Made by a program: the position numbers and the translations under genes
Shown here: positions 1 through 9,241 of the stretch, piece after piece
Layout of the letters: every line of letters starts with the position of its first letter
Numbering within the stretch: the stretch's first letter is position 1
DNA from: a virus
Taxonomy: Duplodnaviria; Heunggongvirae; Uroviricota; Caudoviricetes
Length of the DNA stretch: 64,000 nucleotides
Direction: 5' to 3' (one strand)
IMG/VR virus record: IMGVR_UViG_3300015360_001243
Location: 49,999 to 113,998 of that record
Notes under the pieces: generated by a model
Databases searched by the model: none
Told to the model about the DNA's origin: nothing
The model's input: the letters and a program-made list of their open reading frames with translations, nothing else

Positions 1-1437
1 AAGTTCAACGGATCTTTGCGTGGTGAGATTGTCATGTTGAAGAGTGTTCATCAAAAACACTTTGCCGATAAGTCTAATCCTCGTAATGCTGCCTCTGGCA
101 CCTCTAAACGATTGGATGGTGTTGGTGTTGATAGGTTGAACATCATTTTTTACCAAGTTCTTGGTGATGTAGAGTTTGATACTGAGATCGATCAGTTCGA
201 ATGGCTAGAGAAGCACGCCCTGGGAGTTCCTAACTACTGGAAGTTCAAGACGGTTGATGATGTCAATACACATTGGCGTGATTACCAAGATAACAAGCGC
301 GATAAACTTGACTATGATATCGATGGGCTTGTCATTCGCTTGAATGAATTGGCTATGCAACTCACTTGGGGAGATAAGGATCTTCGTCCACTAGGGGCTA
401 TTGCCTTCAAGTTTGATAACGAGATGCGCGAATCAACCATCCGAGATATCATCTGGCAGGTTGGTAACAGCGGGCGTATCACTCCAGTGGCTGTTGTTGA
501 CCCCGTTCAACTGGTTGGAGCTATGGTTTCCCGAGCTAGCATTTATAATCTAGCTTACATTGAGGAGTTGGGCCTGGATATTGGGGCTAAGGTATTGGTT
601 GCACGAGCCAATGACGTCATTCCTCGCATTGAAGAGTTGGTCAAAGGTACTGGTAAGACCGCTAAGGGCCCTCAATTCTGCCCTGAGTGTGGTGGATTGA
701 CCAAGATGGATGGTGAAAACCTGATGTGTGGCAACGTCAAGCATTGCCGCGCCCAGATTATTGGCCGTATCAAGAACTGGGTTGCTGAGTTGAACCTACT
801 TGAATGGGGCGATACGTTGATTGAGAAGCTTGTTGATGCTAAGAAAATCAAGACAGTAGCAGACCTTTACACTCTAAAGGTTGATGATATTGCTAATCTT
901 GATCGTCTTGGAGAGAAGACAGCCGAGAAATGCCTTAACATCTTGAAAGCGAACATGGAAGTTCCTCTGGAAGTCTTCCTTGGAGCTTTGAGCATTCAGA
1001 TGATTGGTCAATCTACCATCAAAGCCATTATGAATGCTGGTTGCGATACGCTAGAGCGGTTCGGACAGTTGAGTGCAGCTAACTTTGAACAGGTCCCTGG
1101 CGTTGGTCCTACCAAAGCACAGTTCCTTGCGGCTGGATTAAAGAACAATCAGGCAGTTATCAATGCTCTTATTGACAACGGCGTTACTATTAAGGGTATT
1201 GTTCAGGGCGTTATGACTGGGAAGTCTATCTGTTTTACTGGCGCCATGAAGAACAAGCGCCCAGTTCTAGAGAAGATGGCCGCTGAACAGGGTGCAGAGG
1301 TCAAAGGATCTGTTGGTAAGGGGCTTACGTACCTTGTCATCGCTGATCCGAATAGCACTTCTTCTAAAGCAGTAGCTGCTCGTAAGTTCGGAACTACTTT
1401 GATTTCTGAAGATGCCTTTCTTGACTTAGTAAAGTAA
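1..1437 (+). CDS. ligA: NAD+-dependent DNA ligase (LigA), C-terminal ~480 aa; the 5' end runs off the window
   Basis: The reading frame is open from nt 1. It has the adenylation-domain motif SNPRNAASG (E. coli ANPRNAAAG), the OB-fold region, the four-Cys zinc finger CPECGG..C..C, an HhH region and a C-terminal BRCT-like GKSICFTG segment. Confidence 0.9.
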   Translation, partial: KFNGSLRGEIVMLKSVHQKHFADKSNPRNAASGTSKRLDGVGVDRLNIIFYQVLGDVEFDTEIDQFEWLEKHALGVPNYWKFKTVDDVNTHWRDYQDNKRDKLDYDIDGLVIRLNELAMQLTWGDKDLRPLGAIAFKFDNEMRESTIRDIIWQVGNSGRITPVAVVDPVQLVGAMVSRASIYNLAYIEELGLDIGAKVLVARANDVIPRIEELVKGTGKTAKGPQFCPECGGLTKMDGENLMCGNVKHCRAQIIGRIKNWVAELNLLEWGDTLIEKLVDAKKIKTVADLYTLKVDDIANLDRLGEKTAEKCLNILKANMEVPLEVFLGALSIQMIGQSTIKAIMNAGCDTLERFGQLSAANFEQVPGVGPTKAQFLAAGLKNNQAVINALIDNGVTIKGIVQGVMTGKSICFTGAMKNKRPVLEKMAAEQGAEVKGSVGKGLTYLVIADPNSTSSKAVAARKFGTTLISEDAFLDLVK

Positions 1438-1453
1438 CCTAATTGTCATTTAG

Positions 1454-2287
1454 TTGTTGCCAATATTAGGCGATATACTGATGAAGGATAAATATCTTTG
1501 GTACACTGATACTCATTTGGATAAGGTTCCACCCTGGACTCTGATGCGTTTCATCTATCATGTGATAAAACAGAGCCCTCATGGTGTCTTTTTAACGGGA
1601 GACATCTCTACTGGCCCACTATTATGCTTTCATTTAAGGCTATTAGCCAAATATATTAAATGCCCAATCTACTTTGTGCTTGGTAATCATGATTATCACT
1701 TCACTAGCATGGCCAAACAACACGAAAAAATTCGTGAGCTTTGCAAAGAGTGTCCTAATTTAATTTGGTTAACTGATTCAAACGTAATTGATCTTAATCA
1801 TGAAGTAGGGCTGATTGGTACCGAAGGCTGGTATGATGCTCAATTAGGTAATTCAAACTATCTAAAGTACACTCTAGATCGTTTTTTAGTGAAAGAATTT
1901 CGTACTTTACCTTCTTTAGAAGAGCAAATCGCAAGTTTTCGGGACTTAGCAGAGCAAAGTTGCAAGTTTTTGGAAGATAAACTAGAGAAAGCATTAGCTC
2001 AAGACTTCAAAACGATCTACATTATGACTCATTTTCCTCCTTGGAAAGAAGCTACTCGTGATGTTGGTAAGCTTTTGGAGAAATTCTGGCTCCCATACAA
2101 CGTTAATTATGGTCTTGGCCAGATGATTGAGCGTGTAATGAAAGAACGAAAGAAGAGAAATGTCACCGTGTTAGCGGGCCATACTCATACTGATGCTTGG
2201 ATTCACGTTGCTCGCAACATAGAATGTAAAGTTAACAAAGCTAAATACTACGGTTACTTAAGGAACGAAGAGCATATCTTTATCTGA
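1454..2287 (+). CDS. calcineurin-like metallophosphoesterase
   Basis: Motifs GDIS, GNHDYH and LAGHTHTD match the metallophosphoesterase superfamily. That superfamily includes the ADP-ribose/CDP-alcohol diphosphatase ADPRibase-Mn. Confidence 0.7.
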   Translation: MLPILGDILMKDKYLWYTDTHLDKVPPWTLMRFIYHVIKQSPHGVFLTGDISTGPLLCFHLRLLAKYIKCPIYFVLGNHDYHFTSMAKQHEKIRELCKECPNLIWLTDSNVIDLNHEVGLIGTEGWYDAQLGNSNYLKYTLDRFLVKEFRTLPSLEEQIASFRDLAEQSCKFLEDKLEKALAQDFKTIYIMTHFPPWKEATRDVGKLLEKFWLPYNVNYGLGQMIERVMKERKKRNVTVLAGHTHTDAWIHVARNIECKVNKAKYYGYLRNEEHIFI

Positions 2288-2326
2288 ACTACTAATTCTG
2301 ATATATAGTCCTAGTAAGAGGATTAT

Positions 2327-2602
2327 ATGTACGATATTTGTTTTGATTTGCATGATATGCATCAGACTGTAGAGGAGTCTGATCAATTAGAAGAAGAATT
2401 TTGGGCCATTGGTGAAGTTTTTGACTTCGATTTAGTGGTGGATGAAGACTTTATAGATGATTATCCCGTAATTGTCAAACAAACTAAAGTAAAAACAAAG
2501 GGAAATGGTTTGACTTGCCCTAAGTGCGGCGAGATATATCCCTACGCTGAGTCAAATCAGCCTGACGGTTCCTTCAAGTGTTGGAGCTGCCGAAACTTTT
2601 AA
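2327..2602 (+). CDS. hypothetical protein with an acidic N-terminus and a CxxC..CxxC zinc ribbon
   Basis: ORF with CPKCG and CWSC pairs, in the plus-strand gene chain. Confidence 0.4.
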   Translation: MYDICFDLHDMHQTVEESDQLEEEFWAIGEVFDFDLVVDEDFIDDYPVIVKQTKVKTKGNGLTCPKCGEIYPYAESNQPDGSFKCWSCRNF

Positions 2603-2615
2603 ATTGGAATAGGCT

Positions 2616-2921
2616 ATGCTAGATTGCATTATTACGGTCGCCGCCATCTTTGGTTTGGCATTTTTGATTAAAGAGTCCGATGGCCCCTGGGGAATCATAG
2701 CAAAGGCTCGAAATTTCTTGATGACCAACAAATATGTTGGTGTTTTCTTCTATAAATTATTGGATTGCTACTTTTGTTTAGGTTTTCATTGTGGATGGGT
2801 GGCATACCTGTTGCATGAACAGACTTATTCTCCATCACTTTTTGTCTTGTGGGGGCTTGCGGGGGGCGTCATCAGCCTTACATTCGATATGCTGTTAAGA
2901 AAACTATCGCCATCTCAGTAA
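2616..2921 (+). CDS. hypothetical membrane protein
   Basis: Two or three hydrophobic helices and a CYFCLGFHCGW motif. Confidence 0.4.
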   Translation: MLDCIITVAAIFGLAFLIKESDGPWGIIAKARNFLMTNKYVGVFFYKLLDCYFCLGFHCGWVAYLLHEQTYSPSLFVLWGLAGGVISLTFDMLLRKLSPSQ

Positions 2922-2942
2922 TTACTTTTTTCACATATTGGT

Positions 2943-3140
2943 GTGAAGAGATTGTTGCTGATTTTAATACCCCTGTTGCTTGATTGTTCTAGTATTGTGA
3001 ACAATCCAATGGATATACCTGACAAGGTAAAGGTGTATTGTCAGGGCGATCTTTGTTGTTACCCTGTCGATACCACGGCAATGGCCTGTACTAACGCTTT
3101 TAGCGGACAAAGATTCATGATTTACATCAAAATCTATTGA
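2943..3140 (+). CDS. small secreted protein or lipoprotein candidate
   Basis: Signal-peptide-like N-terminus MKRLLLILIPLLLDCSS, Cys-rich. Confidence 0.3.
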   Translation: MKRLLLILIPLLLDCSSIVNNPMDIPDKVKVYCQGDLCCYPVDTTAMACTNAFSGQRFMIYIKIY

Positions 3141-3278
3141 CAAATTTCCATCTCCAAACTATATTGTTTGTCGAGAAAAAGATAACTCTATTACATTAGT
3201 ATTATGACCCTAGTGGTCATCCGAATTAAATCTATAAATTGACTCAATATAGTCGCCCGAATAAAAGATAGAGGAAAA

Positions 3279-4769
3279 ATGGCCCTGCCTGTTATTAAAG
3301 ATCAGTCTATTATCGACAAGATTAAGGTTGTGGAGTCCGTCAAGCGTTGGACTCTGAACTTTACCGACATCATCAACAACAATAACAAGTTCTACAACCT
3401 TGAAATTGTCAAGTCTACTGACTCCAAGCTGTATCTTTATACAGTTTATGGTCGAGTTGGAGCTAATGGCGCCAAGGAATACAGGTCTTGCGGCTCTTTG
3501 TCTGATGCCGAGAAAGAAGCCGAGAGCATTGTTAAGGCAAAATCCAAAAAGGGTTACGTTGAAGTCAAGCTTGCTAAGGCAGACATTGGCTCTGAGCTTG
3601 GTAAAGCGAAGGTTGATACCTCCGTTACCGTGGAATCCCTTAGGAAAGCGGGCGTTCAAGTTAAGGAAGAACCTCAAGCAGCAAGTAAGCTGCATCCTGA
3701 AGTGCAGGATCTTGTTCGTACGTGGTTCGGCGTTACTCAAGAGTTCATTGAATTGAACCTTGACACCAAGAAGTGTCCTCTTGGACAGCTCTCTCTTGAT
3801 CAAATTGATAAGGCAAAGCAGATTCTTGAAGAGGCTCGCCTGATTGTTGCTGCTAAGAAGCCTGATGTTCAGGAGTTGAACAAGCTAACTAGCTCGTATT
3901 ACTCCAACATCCCTCACGTTCTTGGTCATTGCATCAATGCAGACCTTCTTCGCTTCGATGATAACCCGAAGATTGATAAAGCTTTTGATATTCTTGACGT
4001 CTTTGCTGACGCTAAGAACGTTCAGGCTGTTATTTCCAAGAAGTCTGCGGTCGATTCGCAGTATGCAACCCTGAATGCAGACCTGGAATGGGTGGATCCT
4101 ACGGATCCCACCTTCAAGTGGATTGATAAGATGGTACATGACACACGCGCATACAACCACCAGGGCCTTGGCAAGCTGAAAGTTCACAAGATTTTCCGCC
4201 TCAAGCGAAATAGTGAAGATAAGAACTTCATTGAAACGGCTCAGCGCATTGCTAAGGAGTGTGGAAAGCATTCTCCGTCTGAGACTTACGCTAAGTTGGT
4301 TGCTACTCGCCCTGATGTGCCCAAGGCTCTTCAGGAGCTTTATCAGCATGCCAATGTTGCGCCGGGCTGGCACGGCACTCGTAGAGCTAATATGATTGGT
4401 ATTACGACTAAGGGACTTCTGATTCGTCCTTCTGGCGTCATTCACGCTGGCTCTATGTATGGTGACGGTATTTATTGGGCTACTAATAGTACTAAATCTA
4501 TCAACTACTGTGACGTCAAAGGTTCCTATTGGGCTCAAGGCACCAACAAGACAGCTTATCTGTTCTTGGGTGACGTGGCTTATGGTAACTACAAGTATGC
4601 TAATGGGTCTCATCTTTACACTAAGAAGAATATTGCGCCCGCTCACTCGGTTTTTGCCCGCGCTGGTGGCGGGGTTCTGAATGATGAGCTGATTACTTAC
4701 ACTCCGACTGGCCCTGAGCAGCAACATGCTCTTCGCTACATCATCGAATTTGAAACACAGGTCAAATAA
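3279..4769 (+). CDS. poly/mono-ADP-ribose polymerase homologue (WGR domain + PARP regulatory + PARP catalytic domain)
   Basis: The N-terminal WGR pattern is WTLNF..KFYNLEIV..YTVYGRVGANG..KKGYVEV. The C-terminal catalytic signature is WHGTRRANMIGITTKGL (H-G), HAGSMYGDGIYWATNSTKS (S, Y) and NDELITY (catalytic E), which aligns with PARP1 HGS...GIYFA...YNEYIVY. Confidence 0.85.
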   Translation: MALPVIKDQSIIDKIKVVESVKRWTLNFTDIINNNNKFYNLEIVKSTDSKLYLYTVYGRVGANGAKEYRSCGSLSDAEKEAESIVKAKSKKGYVEVKLAKADIGSELGKAKVDTSVTVESLRKAGVQVKEEPQAASKLHPEVQDLVRTWFGVTQEFIELNLDTKKCPLGQLSLDQIDKAKQILEEARLIVAAKKPDVQELNKLTSSYYSNIPHVLGHCINADLLRFDDNPKIDKAFDILDVFADAKNVQAVISKKSAVDSQYATLNADLEWVDPTDPTFKWIDKMVHDTRAYNHQGLGKLKVHKIFRLKRNSEDKNFIETAQRIAKECGKHSPSETYAKLVATRPDVPKALQELYQHANVAPGWHGTRRANMIGITTKGLLIRPSGVIHAGSMYGDGIYWATNSTKSINYCDVKGSYWAQGTNKTAYLFLGDVAYGNYKYANGSHLYTKKNIAPAHSVFARAGGGVLNDELITYTPTGPEQQHALRYIIEFETQVK

Positions 4770-4770
4770 A

Positions 4771-5037
4771 ATGACTACCTACAAAGTTATGAAAGTTTTT
4801 GATTGTCAATCTGGCATGTCTGATGAAGTTAAAAAAGCATTCTTTTCATTTTATGAATGCGGTAATGACGTTTATGTTACTTGGACGGTTCAAGAGGATG
4901 ATACTGAATATGACGGCGATGATGAATTTGCTGTTAATAGGCGCCTGGTTGATGCTTGGCTTATGGAAAATGGGGCCGAGGGACGTGCCGAAGACAAGTA
5001 CAACGGGGAAACCGTTCTAATCAATCATTGGTGGTAA
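4771..5037 (+). CDS. hypothetical acidic protein
   Basis: ATG immediately after the PARP stop; the start could instead be 4726. Confidence 0.4.
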   Translation: MTTYKVMKVFDCQSGMSDEVKKAFFSFYECGNDVYVTWTVQEDDTEYDGDDEFAVNRRLVDAWLMENGAEGRAEDKYNGETVLINHWW

Positions 5038-5038
5038 T

Positions 5039-5368
5039 ATGAGTACAAATTTCCATGCAGAAATCGGATATGGGTTTCAACTTACCGATGAAAAATTAAT
5101 TGAAAATGTTAATGAAGGTAAAGTAAAACTGCCTGTTCATTTAGCTATGATGTGGGCAGGAGATGCCTTTTCTGGTGACATGGAAACTTTTATTGTTGTT
5201 AAAGGTAGCGCGTCTGGAGTTGCTTCTTGGCAATGCTATTCGCGTATGATTGCCCACGAAGAATTAGTTGCTGTTGATGAGTGGGAAACACAACTTCTAA
5301 CTTGGGCTGATGAAAATAATATTGCTCACGCGGCTATTGGCTGGTGGCTTTGCACATCTCTTTCGTGA
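5039..5368 (+). CDS. hypothetical protein
   Basis: ORF in the gene chain; the ATG overlaps the upstream stop. Confidence 0.45.
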   Translation: MSTNFHAEIGYGFQLTDEKLIENVNEGKVKLPVHLAMMWAGDAFSGDMETFIVVKGSASGVASWQCYSRMIAHEELVAVDEWETQLLTWADENNIAHAAIGWWLCTSLS

Positions 5369-5374
5369 GGAACT

Positions 5375-5857
5375 ATGATTGAAATTGTATCTGGTGACAT
5401 TTTTGACTCGACAGAAAAGTATCTCTGCCACCAGTGCAACTGTGTGACTAATAAATCTGCGCATTTTGCGAAAGACGTATTTGCTAGGTATCCATACGCC
5501 GATATTTATACCGGCAGGACAGAACCAAATAAACCTGGAACCATTGAAGTGAGGGGTAACGGGGAAGACCAGCGATACGTCATTAACTTATTGGGACAGT
5601 ACTACCCAGGAAAACCCAAGTACCCATACTCCACTCTTGATGGAGTTCATATTAGACAAACGTATTTTTACAGATGTCTCCTCCGTATAGCTCAACTTCC
5701 CAACTTGGAGAGCGTCGCTTTTCCTTGGAGAATCGGTTGTGGGGCTGCGGGTGGAGTATGGGAACATTATCTTGGCAATCTAACTAACTTTGCTAATCAC
5801 GTTGAGAATACTCAAGGTGCCAAAGTTCTTATCTATAGACGTGAAGGTGATGAATGA
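5375..5857 (+). CDS. macro-domain protein, TARG1/OARD1-like (ADP-ribose glycohydrolase candidate)
   Basis: GDIFDS..LCHQCNCVTNKSAHFAKDVF and RIGCGAAGGVWEHY align with human TARG1 GDLFAC..HCISEDCRMGAGIAVLF and RIGCGLDRLQWENV. Confidence 0.7.
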   Translation: MIEIVSGDIFDSTEKYLCHQCNCVTNKSAHFAKDVFARYPYADIYTGRTEPNKPGTIEVRGNGEDQRYVINLLGQYYPGKPKYPYSTLDGVHIRQTYFYRCLLRIAQLPNLESVAFPWRIGCGAAGGVWEHYLGNLTNFANHVENTQGAKVLIYRREGDE

Positions 5858-6198
5858 AAGTATGTGAAACATTTACGGCTAACATTTATCTTGGTTTAAA
5901 GGCGGGCTATGATGGCGAAGAAACATCCGTAGATGTTGTTCGCCGCTGGTTAGAAGTTTATTGTAATGAAGTGAAACTGGGTGTAACCCTTACCAAGACA
6001 GAATTCATTTATGTAGATGGTGGGGAGCCGGGCGTTATTGTTGGGCTCATCAATTATCCGCGCTTTCCTAAACCAGTTTCGGAAATAAAAACAACGGCGC
6101 TGGTTATTGCTCAAGGTCTACTTAATTTGTGTTCTCAAGAAAGAGTATCTGTTGTGTTCTCTGACATAACAGTTATGGTGGAAAAAATCGAATCATGA
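5854..6198 (+). CDS. hypothetical protein
   Basis: ORF with an ATGA overlap onto the macro gene. Confidence 0.45.
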   Translation: MKVCETFTANIYLGLKAGYDGEETSVDVVRRWLEVYCNEVKLGVTLTKTEFIYVDGGEPGVIVGLINYPRFPKPVSEIKTTALVIAQGLLNLCSQERVSVVFSDITVMVEKIES

Positions 6199-6431
6199 CT
6201 TCTTATGAAAATTCAAATGGTTTCCTACTAGGTCTTGTACTTTTAGCTAAATATAGATTAGATGATTTTACAGTAAATGTAATTGAAACGTCAACTATTT
6301 CTATTAATGGTCTTAGGTCTGTATCTAAAGAAGATATGGAAGATCTAAAGCTTTTCGGATGGAATGTCGGAAAAGATAAAGACGGCGGCAGTTGGGCCGA
6401 GTTTTTCAAACTAGAATACGTGGATACCTAA
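6195..6431 (+). CDS. hypothetical protein
   Basis: ORF with an ATGA overlap. Confidence 0.4.
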   Translation: MTSYENSNGFLLGLVLLAKYRLDDFTVNVIETSTISINGLRSVSKEDMEDLKLFGWNVGKDKDGGSWAEFFKLEYVDT

Positions 6432-6432
6432 G

Positions 6433-6864
6433 ATGACAATCAAGTTTTATAAAACCAATGAACCCTATGGTTTCTTAAATAATTTCAAAAAAGCTAGAAT
6501 GTTTGTCTATGGTCGTTGGTGGAACAATGTCGAAGCTCCCTATCAATCTCAAAAGACCAATGTTCTTGATGAACAAGATGCTATCTGGGCCTGCGTAACT
6601 CCTAGAGAAGCAAGGGACCTTGGACAAAAAGTTCATATGAGAGAGTTTTGGGACAAATATAAAGACCAGGCTATGTACGAATGCTGTATGGCTAAGTTTC
6701 TCCAGCATCCCGATCTTCGAGCTAAGCTAATGGCAACGGGTGAGGAAGAGATAATGGAAGATAGTCCAGTCGATTGGTATTGGGGATGTGGTAAAGATGG
6801 AACCGGGAAGAATATGCTCGGGAAAACTCTCATGAAAATTCGTGAAGAACTAAAAGGCGAGTGA
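6433..6864 (+). CDS. NADAR-domain protein (YbiA-like; ADP-ribose / NAD-related N-glycosidase)
   Basis: FYKTNEPYGFLNNF, APYQSQKT (cf. SxEHYFQAxK), KFLQHPDLRAKLMATG, SPVDWYWGCGKDGTGKNMLGKTLMKIRE. This is a strong match to the NADAR/DUF1768 pattern. Confidence 0.8.
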   Translation: MTIKFYKTNEPYGFLNNFKKARMFVYGRWWNNVEAPYQSQKTNVLDEQDAIWACVTPREARDLGQKVHMREFWDKYKDQAMYECCMAKFLQHPDLRAKLMATGEEEIMEDSPVDWYWGCGKDGTGKNMLGKTLMKIREELKGE

Positions 6865-6968
6865 TTTCGTCGACTTGAATTTTTAATTTTCGGGCCCTTG
6901 ATTTTTGTTATGAAATCCACATATTGTGGATGCGCGGGAAGCCATCCCTACAAATTAGGAGATAATAT

Positions 6969-7430
6969 ATGTCAACGTTAAATACTATAGTGCAAGAGGT
7001 TGTTGAGTCGTTTATGAAGGATGAGGAGCTGTTTACTGCTCTCGATGTGAGCAATAAGGTCAAGCTGTCGCAACCCTTTGCTCGTCATGGTGAAGTTAGG
7101 GACGCAGTGCGTGAGCTTTTCACTTCTGTGTTGCAGCCTGCAAGCTGGGCCCGCTCACCGATCAAGGTGACCCTTGCCGATGGCAGTCAACAGACGGCTC
7201 TTCTGTACCATCCGCTTTCCGCTTCTTGGGACTTGGATGATAAGTATGATGACCAGAAGCGATCTCAAGCGGCCGTTAAGACTACTTCTGCCAAGGCGCC
7301 TACGACTGCTGGTGTTTCGACTCCGGTTGTTGCAGCTCCCGTGGCGAAGGTTATTCCTGCTCCGGTTGCAGTCAAGGATCAGTGGGCTAATCTGTTCAGC
7401 AGTCAGCCGTCTCTGTTCCCCCGAAAGTAA
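6969..7430 (+). CDS. hypothetical protein with an Ala/Pro/Val-rich C-terminus
   Basis: ORF with a good GGAG spacing upstream of the ATG. Confidence 0.45.
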   Translation: MSTLNTIVQEVVESFMKDEELFTALDVSNKVKLSQPFARHGEVRDAVRELFTSVLQPASWARSPIKVTLADGSQQTALLYHPLSASWDLDDKYDDQKRSQAAVKTTSAKAPTTAGVSTPVVAAPVAKVIPAPVAVKDQWANLFSSQPSLFPRK

Positions 7431-7432
7431 CT

Positions 7433-7810
7433 ATGAGTGCGGAAAAAGCATTGTATTACGAGGCTCATGTTACCATTGAGCCCGTATTCGATGATAGGCT
7501 AGATAAGTTTACGGCAATTTGTAAGGAACGTAAGTTTCGTGTTGCCGACTTAGTTATGCAGAAGCGAAAAGAAGATACGGCGGAGAGATCCAAGTATGAT
7601 TCTTTTTGTACTGGTCACGGTCCAGATGGACAAGAATTGAAAACAAGAATGTTTTCTTTGCTTGATGATTTGAAGAAGGAAGCCTATCAGATCTGGCGAT
7701 ACAAGATTGAAGTTGTTCCTTTGGACTCTCGTTACAATGATAGCGAGTATCCTTTGGATAAATCTGTTTGTCCTGAGAAGGAAAGAAATCCGAAACCGTT
7801 AAGCGAGTAA
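7433..7810 (+). CDS. hypothetical protein
   Basis: ORF in the gene chain. Confidence 0.45.
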   Translation: MSAEKALYYEAHVTIEPVFDDRLDKFTAICKERKFRVADLVMQKRKEDTAERSKYDSFCTGHGPDGQELKTRMFSLLDDLKKEAYQIWRYKIEVVPLDSRYNDSEYPLDKSVCPEKERNPKPLSE

Positions 7811-7815
7811 ACTCA

Positions 7816-8622
7816 ATGTCAAGGCACTTAATTCTGTATCGTGGTATCGAATTTGAAAAAGATGAACAGGAAGCTGCTAATTGGTTTTTCAAAACTACAA
7901 ACCGAAGACCTGATATCACCAGCGGTGATATGGTCATAGGGCGATATTCGCTTTGGCCATTCTATTCCGACCAGGCAAAAGACATTGATTATGTTGGGGC
8001 TCGTTTAATCAACGACTACAATCAACATCTTTATGTGGCCGATTTAGGGAATTATGTAACGGATCTTGGAAAGCTTACGCCTCGGACATGGCGAAGCCTG
8101 GAGGATTTGCCCGAGAAAGGACCCTTTGTTCTCAAAGGAGAAACTAACTCGCGCAAATCCAATTGGAAGCGTGACATGTTCGCCGAAACCAAAACAGAAG
8201 CTATCATGGTAGCTAATCGACTGGCAGACGATAGTTTGATCGGTCATCAAAAGATTTACATTCGTCAGTACGTCCCCCTTGTCAAATACATGGATGGAGT
8301 TAATGGTATGCCAGTCACCAAGGAGTTTCGCTTCTTTGTTGCTTTTGGCTTTGTCATTAGTGGTGGATATTATTGGCAAAACTATGTTGATGATATTGGT
8401 GGCACTCCAGATCATAATGAAGTTCCTCGGGAATTTCTTCAAGAAGTCATTGAGGCAGTTGGCGACCAATCTAATTTTTATACAATTGATGTGGGTCAAA
8501 CTGAAACTGGTGAGTGGATTGTTATTGAATTGAATGAAGGTCAACAAGCAGGGCTTTCTTGCAACGATCCTTTTAAATTGTATGAGAACCTAAGTACGGT
8601 ACTTAAAAGCAAAGGCCTGTGA
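7816..8622 (+). CDS. possible ATP-grasp fold protein
   Basis: The C-terminal segment YTIDVGQTETGEWIVIELNEGQQAGL resembles the ATP-grasp D..G..vLEVN..PG motif. This is a weak call. Confidence 0.35.
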   Translation: MSRHLILYRGIEFEKDEQEAANWFFKTTNRRPDITSGDMVIGRYSLWPFYSDQAKDIDYVGARLINDYNQHLYVADLGNYVTDLGKLTPRTWRSLEDLPEKGPFVLKGETNSRKSNWKRDMFAETKTEAIMVANRLADDSLIGHQKIYIRQYVPLVKYMDGVNGMPVTKEFRFFVAFGFVISGGYYWQNYVDDIGGTPDHNEVPREFLQEVIEAVGDQSNFYTIDVGQTETGEWIVIELNEGQQAGLSCNDPFKLYENLSTVLKSKGL

Positions 8623-9233
8623 AAAAGTTCAATACTTTACAAGAGTTATGGTCTTATTGTTTGTTTTGCCCTTTGTGTCAAGACATGACAAGAGATATTA
8701 CGGTTGTAGCTGGACCATATGACGTAGTGGCAATTATGGGACAGTCGAAAGACAATGAGTTTCTAAAAATAGAAACAGTTGTCAAACTGTTGAAACAGCG
8801 ATATAGTGTTAACTACTATATTGATTGTGTAAGGAATGTCTTTACGATTAGCGTCCCTAAAATGGTTCCAAGTAATGAGGAATCTGTTACTAAGGCCTCT
8901 TCGTCAGTTTTCTTTTTCTCTTTAATTAGTAACTGTGAAGCTTGTGGAAACACAAGCTTAAATAGTTCAGATATTGAACTTGATATTCTCTCTAAGAAGA
9001 TTTCCAATTTTGGGGTCGACATGGAGGGGATTTATCTTCTTGAACAAAAAACTAAGTATCATTTAACCCTGAATCATAGCTCTGATGAGTTATTAGTTTC
9101 AAAATGCTTTGAAGATGATTCTGGCACTATCATAGATGATAATAAAGTAATAAACTTACCTCTGACTCATTTTGATTTTTCTAAACCAAAAAAGGTTCTT
9201 AATCGAATAAGAACCTTTCTAGTTTTCAGCTAG
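8619..9233 (+). CDS. hypothetical protein
   Basis: ORF with an ATGA overlap. Confidence 0.45.
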   Translation: MKKFNTLQELWSYCLFCPLCQDMTRDITVVAGPYDVVAIMGQSKDNEFLKIETVVKLLKQRYSVNYYIDCVRNVFTISVPKMVPSNEESVTKASSSVFFFSLISNCEACGNTSLNSSDIELDILSKKISNFGVDMEGIYLLEQKTKYHLTLNHSSDELLVSKCFEDDSGTIIDDNKVINLPLTHFDFSKPKKVLNRIRTFLVFS

Positions 9234-9241
9234 GAGATTCC

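Noticed and set aside
3210-4727. Antisense ORFs 3210-3803 and 3885-4727 opposite the PARP gene
   Set aside because: The sense ORF has strong, position-specific PARP/WGR similarity. The antisense frames are low-complexity and lack starts with ribosome-binding sites.
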